Of a stretch of 64,000 nt of DNA, positions 10,694-18,772 are shown one piece after another. The stretch spans positions 13,907 through 77,906 of the forward strand of contig JAPLDK010000054.1 in the NCBI GenBank assembly GCA_026391775.1, in the 5' to 3' direction. Each line of letters begins with the position of its first letter. The first letter of the stretch is position 1. The notes under the pieces were generated by a model. That model saw only the letters and a list, made by a program, of their open reading frames with translations, ran no database searches and was not told the origin of the DNA. The position numbers were made by a program, and so were the translations under genes. The stretch comes from Bacteroidota bacterium (GTDB lineage Bacteria; Bacteroidota; Bacteroidia; Bacteroidales; FEN-979).

Positions 10694-13600
10694 ATGGCAA
10701 AGGAGGAAAAATCATTAAATGAACGTCTTGCGGGATTAAGCCCCGGTCAGCTGAAAGCCATGCTGCACAAGGGGAGGGATGAGTCAACCCCCAGGATAGG
10801 AAAACCTCCTAAAATGGAACGGAATTCCGAAGGGATCTATCCCTTGTCAAAGGCACAGGAAAGGATGTGGTTCCTGCACAACCTCTCCGAGGGGGAAGCA
10901 ATTTATAACAACCCTGTTGCCCTGAGGATATCTGCCGTATTTCCCCTGAATATCGATATTCTTATTAAGAGCCTCGAAATCCTTACTGAACGGCATGAGA
11001 TACTTCGCACAACCTTCTTTGTGAAGGAAGGGAAGCCGGTTCAGCAGGTCCATCTTTCGGGAAAAACCGGGATTCGCTATGAGGATCTCCGGCATCTGCC
11101 ATTAAACGAAAGGGAAATCAGAGCCATGGAGGAAGCCCTGCAACACGGGAAAACTGCCATTCAACTTGACAAGCTTCCGTTGCTCAGGTTCAAAGTGCTC
11201 CATCTGCGCGATCTGGAATACATATTGCTGATCAATCCGCACCATATTATTTCCGATGGCTGGTCAAATGCACTGTTTGCGAAGGAACTATCGATGACTT
11301 ATGCCGCCCTTGAAAGTAAAGAACCTTCCCCTTTCCATGTTCCGGAGTACCAGTATATCGATTTTGTGAATTGGGAGAAGGAATGGATGGGCTCCCCTGC
11401 TTGCAAGGAACAACTTGAATTCTGGAAAGGTCAGCTGGCGGATTTACCGGAACCTCTTCGTCTCCCCCTTGACTTTCCAAGGCCCGCAATCATGTCGCAT
11501 ATAGGAAGAAAGGAGGTTAACTCCATTCATGCAACAGAGACAGAAAAGATCAGGCAATTCTGTAAACATGAAAATCTTACGCTGTTTCAAATGCTCTTTG
11601 GTGCTTTCGGACTGCTGATGTCGAAATACAGCGGTCAGCAGGAGATCATGATCGGTGTCCCTGTTGCCCGGCGCAACCAGCTTTCGTTCCAGCAAACCAT
11701 GGGGTTATTTATCAATACATTGCCGCTGAGAGTGAAAGTAAATGAAAAAGAAACTGCTATCGCATTTCTGAAGCAGATAAAAACATATTGCCAGCAGGCA
11801 TTCATGCGCCAGGAACTTCCGTTTGAGAAACTGATCGAAGAGGTTAATCCCGACCGGAGCCTGAGTACAAACCCTGTTTTCCAGGTTCATTTTGTTCATC
11901 AGAACATCCCGTCGCTTTACAGCGTGAAAGGCTTATCGGTTAAACCCGAGAACATTGATTATTCATTTTCCAAATTCGATTTGAATTTCTGGGTTGAGGA
12001 GGCGAACCAGGAACTTATCATTTCGGTAACCTTTCCCAGCGATCTCTTCCTTCAACAGACGATTCAGAAGCTTCTAGTCAATTACAAGATTTTACTGACT
12101 TCTCTTATCAGCCATCCAGAAGAACAATGCAGCAGGCTGGTATATTTCCCCGAGAACGAAGGTTCGCAACGGACAGGTAGCACGATCGTTTATTCTGAGC
12201 CCGGCACTACTTTGCCTGCAACCTGGTTGGGTGAATTCAAGGCCCAGGTCAGGTTAACCCCTGGTAACATGGCGGTGCGTGACATTCATCATCAAATCAC
12301 CTACCGGGATCTCGAAATAAGTTCTGATCACCTTGCAAATTTGCTTGCCAAACATGGTGTTGTGAAGAGAAACCTGGTGGGTTTGCTTCTTCCCCGCAAT
12401 GCATCACTCATCATATCGATACTTGGAATATTCAAAGCAGGTGCTGCCTATGTTCCCCTGGATATGAATATCCCTGAGGAGCGAATGAACTTTATCGTGG
12501 GAGATTCCGGTCTGAAACTGATTATCAGTACGGAGGAGCTTTCTCCGGCAGCAGCAAAGACAGGAATTCCGGTTCTTTTGTTCAGTGGGATGATGACTGC
12601 ACAGGAGGGTATCGGGCATATGAAAGAGGCAGATTCATCCGGATCGTTCCCTGGGCAGGAACTCCCCGGTCCCGATGACCTGGCCTATGTTATCTATACT
12701 TCAGGTACCACCGGAACTCCCAAAGGGGTTTGCATTGCATCGAACCAGCTTCTTAATTATTCTAAAGCCATTTGGCAACGGATAAATATGAAGGCAGGCG
12801 ATTCCTTTGCTACCATTTCATCCATCACGGCCGACCTGGGAAATACCATGATATTCCCGCCACTGATCCATGGAGGTGAAGTCGTGATTATTCCCGAAAA
12901 CCATACCACCGATGCATCTCTGCTGGCCGACTGGGTTGGTCATTGGCCAGTCGATTGCCTTAAAATTGTTCCTTCCCACCTTGTAAGTTTGCTCCATTCA
13001 TCCAGGGCCGAAAACATATTGCCCATGAAACTACTCATGCTTGGAGGTGAAAAATGCACTCCTGAGATTGTCAGGCGAGTAAGGGACATCGCTCCGGCAC
13101 TCAGGATCATCAACCATTATGGCCCAACTGAAGCAACGATCGGTGCATTGACACTTGAAATTCCTTTTGATATTACAGGCGGGAATTTCGTGATTCCGAT
13201 CGGGTTCCCATTGAATAATACATCGGTTTATATCCTCGATCAGAACCGTCGTCTGCTCCCGAAAGGTATTCCCGGAGAAATCGTTCTCAGCGGAAAGAAT
13301 ATTGCCAAGGGATACCTGAACCAGCCACAACTGAGCAGTGAAAAGTTCGCTGATGACCCTTTCAGGGCAGGTGAACGGATATACTGTACCGGCGACCTTG
13401 GAAAGATGAACGAAGATGGAGCGGTGGTTTTCCTGGGGCGCAGCGACCACCAGGTGAAAATCAGGGGCTACCGGGTTGAATCCAGGGAAATTGAATATGT
13501 ACTGAACAGTTTTCCTTCCATTGAACAGGCTGCCGTACTTGTTCCTGAAAATGTTTCTTCGGTAAATTCAGTGCATGCTGTCATTCGTTTGAAACAGGGC

Positions 13601-14860
13601 ATTGCTTATGATGAAAATGCACTCAGGACATGGCTTTCACTTCATCTTCCTGCTTACATGATCCCCTCGGCTTTGCATATCGTGGAGCGATTTCCACTCA
13701 CTTCCAACGGAAAAACAGATTTAAAGGAATTGCACCGGATGATCGGAAACATCGGGGATGTAAAGAAATTACCTGCCCCACCCCGCGACCTCACCGAACT
13801 CAGGCTTGTCAATATTTTCAGGGAGATACTGAAACAGGAAGAGGTAGGGATCTGTGATGGTTTTTTTGATCTGGGCGGACATTCTCTTCTTGCCATCCAA
13901 TTGTTTGCCGCAATTGAGTTGGAATTTCATATTCACCTCGCGCTGGCTACCTTGTTTGAGCGGGGGAGCGTAGTATTGCTGGCTGATCTTATCCGCAAAT
14001 CAATCGGAATGGAGCAGCCCACTTCCCTGGTTTCTATCCGGCCCGGGTCAGGAAAAAAACAAGTGTACCTTGTACATCCCGCCGGTGGTAATGTGCTATG
14101 CTATTTTGAACTTGCCAGGGAACTTGGGAAAGAGTATTCTGTTTATGGGTTGCAAGCGACCGGCTTGTATGGGAAAAAGGTTGATACCGTAGGCGACATG
14201 GCTTGTTTCTACCTGGAAGAGATCAGTTTGCCTGACTGTAAAGATGATGTGATTTTTGCAGGATGGTCGATGGGAGCCCTGATCGCCTTTGAGATGGCCA
14301 GGCAAGTGGGGGAAAGATCAGGAGAGAATCCCAGGCTGATGATCATTGATCAGCTCGCTCCATTTGAAGAATCCGGCGGTAGGGAAAATAAACAAATTGA
14401 TCCCGTTGACCGGATGCTGATTTTTGCCGGTAAAGTGGCACATCTGACCGGGCGTTCGCTTGTGATCAGCGCTGACAACCTGAGAGGGAAAACTTCGGAA
14501 GAACAATCCGAAGTCTTTCTTAATGAGTTTAAGTCGGTTAATCTGGTCCCATCTGATATGAGAATCACTGATTTTCACGGATATCTGGAACTGATGATCC
14601 ATCATAATGAGATCACTTCTGCCTGTAGTCCGGGCTCCTTCGATGGAAAAACATTGCTAATCCGGGCCATGGATGCTTTGCTCCCTCACGATGGCCAAAG
14701 CGAAATTTCAGTCCGAACGGCTGATCTGGACTGGGGCCGTTGGATCAAAAAAAATCTTGAGATTGCAAATATTCCGGGCAATCATGTTTCCATTATAGCT
14801 CAACCCTGCGTTAAAGAGATTGCGCTTGCCTTAATGCAATGGGTGAACCCCGGTTTATAA
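10694..14860 (+). CDS. Terminal NRPS module C-A-PCP-TE
   Basis: C domain HHIISDGWS (from 11240). A domain: LAYVIYTSGTTGTPKGV, NHYGPTEATIGA, YCTGDLGKM, GRSDHQVKIRGYRVESREIE, TSNGKTD. PCP: FFDLGGHSLLAIQ. Thioesterase: VYLVHPAGGNV and the GWSMGALIA nucleophile elbow. Confidence 0.95.
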   Translation: MAKEEKSLNERLAGLSPGQLKAMLHKGRDESTPRIGKPPKMERNSEGIYPLSKAQERMWFLHNLSEGEAIYNNPVALRISAVFPLNIDILIKSLEILTERHEILRTTFFVKEGKPVQQVHLSGKTGIRYEDLRHLPLNEREIRAMEEALQHGKTAIQLDKLPLLRFKVLHLRDLEYILLINPHHIISDGWSNALFAKELSMTYAALESKEPSPFHVPEYQYIDFVNWEKEWMGSPACKEQLEFWKGQLADLPEPLRLPLDFPRPAIMSHIGRKEVNSIHATETEKIRQFCKHENLTLFQMLFGAFGLLMSKYSGQQEIMIGVPVARRNQLSFQQTMGLFINTLPLRVKVNEKETAIAFLKQIKTYCQQAFMRQELPFEKLIEEVNPDRSLSTNPVFQVHFVHQNIPSLYSVKGLSVKPENIDYSFSKFDLNFWVEEANQELIISVTFPSDLFLQQTIQKLLVNYKILLTSLISHPEEQCSRLVYFPENEGSQRTGSTIVYSEPGTTLPATWLGEFKAQVRLTPGNMAVRDIHHQITYRDLEISSDHLANLLAKHGVVKRNLVGLLLPRNASLIISILGIFKAGAAYVPLDMNIPEERMNFIVGDSGLKLIISTEELSPAAAKTGIPVLLFSGMMTAQEGIGHMKEADSSGSFPGQELPGPDDLAYVIYTSGTTGTPKGVCIASNQLLNYSKAIWQRINMKAGDSFATISSITADLGNTMIFPPLIHGGEVVIIPENHTTDASLLADWVGHWPVDCLKIVPSHLVSLLHSSRAENILPMKLLMLGGEKCTPEIVRRVRDIAPALRIINHYGPTEATIGALTLEIPFDITGGNFVIPIGFPLNNTSVYILDQNRRLLPKGIPGEIVLSGKNIAKGYLNQPQLSSEKFADDPFRAGERIYCTGDLGKMNEDGAVVFLGRSDHQVKIRGYRVESREIEYVLNSFPSIEQAAVLVPENVSSVNSVHAVIRLKQGIAYDENALRTWLSLHLPAYMIPSALHIVERFPLTSNGKTDLKELHRMIGNIGDVKKLPAPPRDLTELRLVNIFREILKQEEVGICDGFFDLGGHSLLAIQLFAAIELEFHIHLALATLFERGSVVLLADLIRKSIGMEQPTSLVSIRPGSGKKQVYLVHPAGGNVLCYFELARELGKEYSVYGLQATGLYGKKVDTVGDMACFYLEEISLPDCKDDVIFAGWSMGALIAFEMARQVGERSGENPRLMIIDQLAPFEESGGRENKQIDPVDRMLIFAGKVAHLTGRSLVISADNLRGKTSEEQSEVFLNEFKSVNLVPSDMRITDFHGYLELMIHHNEITSACSPGSFDGKTLLIRAMDALLPHDGQSEISVRTADLDWGRWIKKNLEIANIPGNHVSIIAQPCVKEIALALMQWVNPGL

Positions 14861-15636
14861 AAGGAGATCATATCAAAGAGGACCTTGTGGAAAAACTAAA
14901 AGAAATTTTTCAATCATTAATCCGCTTTTCATCAGGAAATGATGAATTGGCGGCAGGCCTGGTCCTTTGTCCCTCACTCAGCAACGAAGAACTTAACGTC
15001 AGAACCCGCATGCTGCTTCATCAGGAAGAAATTAATACCGGTGGCGGTTATACTTCAGATATCCGCAGAAGATCATTTCTGAACGGAAGGATAGCCGGAA
15101 AGATGGCTATTAATACAGTCTTCCCGGATATTCCATCAGCAACCTGCCGGATCATTACCGGTTCCATCGGGAAACCAGTAATAGGTGATCTTCCACGGCC
15201 TTACGGCATCTCCATTGCCCATAATGAATCATGGAATGCAGGTTTATGTTTTCCCTTATCCGTTCCAATGGGCATAGATGTAGAAACCATCACAGAGAAA
15301 AACCGAACCATCATAGCCTCCATACTTAGCTCTCGTGAAAAGGATCTATGCAGCAGTGAAGGAGATCCTCTTGAGCTTACTCACCTCCTCTGGACCGCGA
15401 AGGAGGCCGCAGGAAAAGCCATCGGCCTCGGATTTCGCGTGCCAACGGCATGGTATGAGATTGATTTTGTTGAAACCCTGAAAACAGAACCGCAACGGAT
15501 ACACCAATGCCGTTTTAAAAACCTATTGGTGTTTACGGCACTTTCGGTTGAAACTCCCGGGGGGATGCTTTCAATCGCATTCCCGGCAGAAAATAATCTT
15601 AGTCAAACGATGATCCGTTTATTGCAATTAACATGA
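14839..15636 (+). CDS. 4'-phosphopantetheinyl transferase, Sfp type
   Basis: It overlaps the NRPS stop by 22 nt. PPTase motifs: GKPVIGD, ISIAHNES, GIDVE, and WTAKEAAGKAIG (the W/F-x-x-KE-A/S-x-x-K motif). The start codon is not certain. Confidence 0.8.
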   Translation: MGEPRFIKGDHIKEDLVEKLKEIFQSLIRFSSGNDELAAGLVLCPSLSNEELNVRTRMLLHQEEINTGGGYTSDIRRRSFLNGRIAGKMAINTVFPDIPSATCRIITGSIGKPVIGDLPRPYGISIAHNESWNAGLCFPLSVPMGIDVETITEKNRTIIASILSSREKDLCSSEGDPLELTHLLWTAKEAAGKAIGLGFRVPTAWYEIDFVETLKTEPQRIHQCRFKNLLVFTALSVETPGGMLSIAFPAENNLSQTMIRLLQLT

Positions 15637-15708
15637 ACCGTATAAACAACCCTGACAAATTCAATCTGGATCCATTCAAAGATGGAATTAAACTTAAAAT
15701 AAAAAATC

Positions 15709-16791
15709 ATGAAAAATCAATTTGACGAAAGAATGTCATTAATAACAGATGAACAATTATATGAAACAACGGAGAAGTTAGTTGAAGATATTATTGATCC
15801 AAGCCAGGATGTATTTATAAGAGTTCAACCAGAGAAACTTTTTGAAAGCCCGGTAAATTTAAAAATTGCAAACTACAGATATCCTGATTACAAGAAATAT
15901 GTTCTTACAGATTGCCATAATTTACCCAATCGAATATCGGATTTGGGGAAAATTATATTTTCACTTGATGAAATACCCATTGAAGAAATCCCCAATTCTC
16001 TGATATTTATTTTTTATACTTGCGATAGTGACGCATTGCCTGTTTTAAAAAAGATCAAAGAGCATGGAGGGAAGTACATGCCTCATCAGGATTCCTCTAA
16101 AACGGATTATCGATTTGTTAACAGATCAGCATTCAATGCGATTCGAAAAACATGGGAAAAAGCTGACCGTATTTCTCATATGACAATGATTGTTCACGAA
16201 AATTTATGCGAAGCGCTCGAATTAACTAAAAACATTCCCGGAGATTTTGTTGAGATCGGAGTCTTTCTTGGTGGATCATCATTGACCGCTCTTAATTTCT
16301 TGCATGAACAATCGCAAGTAAGCAAAGTTCCATCACGAAAGGCATGGCTTATGGATACTTTTGACGGATTCAATTATAAAGAGGCAAAAAATAGTCAGGA
16401 CATTATATGGCAAGGTACCCATAAATTATTCGGCATCGGTGAGACAAAGAAATATATTACTGATACCCTGAAAGATACTGGAGCTCCTTTTGAACTTATT
16501 GAAGGGAATATTTGCTCAGATGAATTACCGGAAGCAATAGATAGAATTTCGGTTGCAAATATTGATGTTGACATGTATGACCCAACGCTCTCTGCTTTAA
16601 ATAAATGCGCTGTAAGATTAGCTGAAGGTGGTATTATTATTGCAGAAGACCCGACTTCGACACCTCAGTTATATGGTGCCTATTTGGCAATGAATGAATT
16701 TTTAGAAAGTTCGCTTGGAAAATCCTTTACCCCAATATTTAAGAAAGGTCAATATTTCTTATTAAAAAACAATAAACCGACACATGATTGA
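15709..16791 (+). CDS. TylF/MycF-like SAM-dependent (macrocin-type) O-methyltransferase family protein
   Basis: The C-terminal half carries GDFVEIGVFLGGSS (SAM glycine motif), DTFDGF, and ANIDVDMYDPTLSALNKCAVRLAEGGIIIAED, which fits the TylF family pattern. The N-terminal ~170 aa are unassigned. The gene lies in a clearly AT-rich segment. Confidence 0.7.
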   Translation: MKNQFDERMSLITDEQLYETTEKLVEDIIDPSQDVFIRVQPEKLFESPVNLKIANYRYPDYKKYVLTDCHNLPNRISDLGKIIFSLDEIPIEEIPNSLIFIFYTCDSDALPVLKKIKEHGGKYMPHQDSSKTDYRFVNRSAFNAIRKTWEKADRISHMTMIVHENLCEALELTKNIPGDFVEIGVFLGGSSLTALNFLHEQSQVSKVPSRKAWLMDTFDGFNYKEAKNSQDIIWQGTHKLFGIGETKKYITDTLKDTGAPFELIEGNICSDELPEAIDRISVANIDVDMYDPTLSALNKCAVRLAEGGIIIAEDPTSTPQLYGAYLAMNEFLESSLGKSFTPIFKKGQYFLLKNNKPTHD

Positions 16792-18049
16792 ATCAAAATC
16801 TAACCACATTTTACACGCTAATCTCAGCATCGACATTGCTGAAATCGTCAATAAATTCTCAACACCACTAATTATCTATAGCGTCATTGAACTAAATAAT
16901 AGAATAGTTGAACTTCAGGCAGCCCTGCCAGTTGAGTCACGTTTATTATATTCGGTAAAAGCTAATCCTAATCCATTTGTCTTAAATCTATTTAATCAAG
17001 CAGGTTTTGGTTTTGAAGTAGCATCTGTTGGCGAATTACAACACCTTATTAAATCAAAAATTAATTCTGATAGAATTGTGTTAGGAGGTCCAATAAAAAG
17101 TAAAGAAGCAATATTATCAGGTATACAGAACCATATCCTATCTTACAATGTCGAATCTGAACAAGATTTACAAAACATTGCAAGTGCATCAAATCAACGA
17201 TTAAATATATCCCTAAGGATTAATCCGGATTTCTCTAATCGTAATTCTTTGTTAAAAATGGGGGGTGTTTCTTCTCAATTTGGTATAGACGAAAATAATG
17301 TAATACCCTTAATCAGAAAATACAAGAATGAAGTAAATATTAATGGACTTTTTATGTTTAATGGTTCGCAGTTTTTTGATGCTCAGGATATTATACAAAA
17401 CACCTCATTTTTGATAGAATTTGCGGAAAAAAATAAAGACGAATTCAATCAATTGGATTTCCTGGATTTCGGAGGAGGATTTGGAGTAGCAGAAACAGCA
17501 GACCAATCAGGATTAAACATGAATATATTAAAAACCGGTTTAGCTGATTTGTTTAAAAGTAAAAAACAATTCCTCGATAGAGTTAAATATAAATTCTTTG
17601 AAAGTGGTAGATATTTAACTGCAACATCAGCTATTTTAGTAAGTAAGGTCTTAGATATTAAATACTCAAAAGGTAAAAAATATATAATTTTAGATACTGG
17701 CATTAATCATCTTGGAATAAGACAGTTACATTATAGGACACAACGATCATTCATAAGTACTTTAAAAGAAAACGAACATTATTCACCAGCAATTCTTACA
17801 GGTGCAACATGTACACCGATAGATATAATTCTAAACGAAGTTGACTTCCCGAATGTTTCAGTTGACGATTTAATTCTGATACATAATGTTGGCGCATACA
17901 CGTCTACACTTTCGCCTTATAATTTTTGTGGATTTACTTACCCCGCTGAGGTTGCAGTCGATACAAACGGATATGTTTTACTGATCAGGGAGCGGGGTGA
18001 TATTGAAAACTCTTGTGGATTAGGATATAAAGTATACGGAGAAGAGTAG
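16784..18049 (+). CDS. Fold-type III PLP-dependent decarboxylase (Orn/DAP/Arg decarboxylase family)
   Basis: LLYSVKANPNP (PLP-lysine motif), FEVASVGEL, DFLDFGGGFG (phosphate-binding glycines), and HNVGAYTSTLSPYNF near the C-terminus. It overlaps the methyltransferase stop by 8 nt (ATGATTGA). Confidence 0.85.
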   Translation: MIESKSNHILHANLSIDIAEIVNKFSTPLIIYSVIELNNRIVELQAALPVESRLLYSVKANPNPFVLNLFNQAGFGFEVASVGELQHLIKSKINSDRIVLGGPIKSKEAILSGIQNHILSYNVESEQDLQNIASASNQRLNISLRINPDFSNRNSLLKMGGVSSQFGIDENNVIPLIRKYKNEVNINGLFMFNGSQFFDAQDIIQNTSFLIEFAEKNKDEFNQLDFLDFGGGFGVAETADQSGLNMNILKTGLADLFKSKKQFLDRVKYKFFESGRYLTATSAILVSKVLDIKYSKGKKYIILDTGINHLGIRQLHYRTQRSFISTLKENEHYSPAILTGATCTPIDIILNEVDFPNVSVDDLILIHNVGAYTSTLSPYNFCGFTYPAEVAVDTNGYVLLIRERGDIENSCGLGYKVYGEE

Positions 18050-18065
18050 CTCCTGTTTTAATATC

Positions 18066-18284
18066 TTATCCCTGGCGCCCACGCATGCTGTACCTCAGCC
18101 TGATCTCAGCTTCTTTGCTTTTATCTGAGATAAATATCACGGTTCTTCCACCGTCAAGCACGATAGGGAATTTATCAAGGACTGACCCGGTTGCCAGTTT
18201 GACATGGGGTACATTGAGCCGATGGTTTGCCAAATTCATTCGGTTTGCCAAGACATCGTTTTTCCTGTTTCGGTTGTTTTTCAA
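18066..18284 (-). CDS. Small hypothetical protein (72 aa)
   Basis: This is the only non-nested ORF between the decarboxylase and the csp terminator. I recognise no motif and found no clear promoter box. The competing + strand ORF 18085..18366 looks like low-complexity hydrophobic sequence. Confidence 0.3.
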   Translation of the reverse strand: MKNNRNRKNDVLANRMNLANHRLNVPHVKLATGSVLDKFPIVLDGGRTVIFISDKSKEAEIRLRYSMRGRQG

Positions 18285-18391
18285 TGTAAATTTTTTAATA
18301 TTCGGTACAAGATACGGATTTCTTGCAACAATTGCTCTGTTTTTAGGATTTATTTTTGATTGTTGATGGCAATGACAACTCTGGTATCAAC

Positions 18392-18431
18392 CAGAAAAGA
18401 AAGAGGCCGTCCCTTTTTCGAGACAGCCTCA
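18392..18431 (-). terminator. Rho-independent terminator of the cold-shock gene
   Basis: The minus-strand RNA GAGGCUGUC-UCGAAAAAGG-GACGGCCUC gives a 9-bp stem with one G-U pair (18404-18431). It is followed immediately by UUUCUUUUC (18392-18403), about 30 nt downstream of the csp stop codon. Confidence 0.6.
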
Positions 18432-18460
18432 AGATCTGTAAATCTAGTAAACTAACTTAG

Positions 18461-18652
18461 CTAAGCTATTTTGACGTTTACTGCATTTAATCCTTTTTTT
18501 CCTTCCTGAAGAGTGAAAGTAACTTCATCGTTTTCTCTGATTTCATCAATAAGGCCTGATGCATGCACAAAATACTCTTTGTTTGACTCTTCGTCTTTGA
18601 TAAATCCAAATCCTTTACTATTGTTAAAGAATTTGACAACACCTTTGTTCAT
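18461..18652 (-). CDS. cspA: Cold-shock protein, CspA family (63 aa)
   Basis: MNKGVVKFFNNSKGFGFI (RNP1-like KGFGFI) and VHASGL (RNP2-like), at the typical single cold-shock-domain length. Confidence 0.9.
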   Translation of the reverse strand: MNKGVVKFFNNSKGFGFIKDEESNKEYFVHASGLIDEIRENDEVTFTLQEGKKGLNAVNVKIA

Positions 18653-18678
18653 AATACTATAATTTTTAATAATTTGTG

Positions 18679-18686
18679 CAAAGATA
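18679..18686 (-). promoter_or_regulatory. Bacteroidota -7 promoter box TATCTTTG (TAnnTTTG) upstream of csp
   Basis: The plus strand reads caaagata, so the minus strand reads TATCTTTG. It lies 27 nt upstream of the ATG at 18652. Confidence 0.4.
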
Positions 18687-18772
18687 CGACATTATTCCGG
18701 ATAATCACTAATTTATTATATATTTATTACTTCAGATGAGTTTTTACTTCCAAATTCATTACACGTCTCATA

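Noticed and set aside
15600-18100. Looked for inverted or direct repeats, integrase or transposase at the borders of the AT-rich cassette
   Set aside because: I saw no flanking repeats or mobility genes by eye. The compositional jump is real, but I cannot call this a mobile element.
18085-18366. 93-aa plus-strand ORF in the decarboxylase-csp gap
   Set aside because: Its translation is low-complexity Leu/Ser/Phe-rich sequence. It overlaps the slightly more protein-like minus-strand ORF 18066..18284 and runs toward the csp terminator. There is no support for it.
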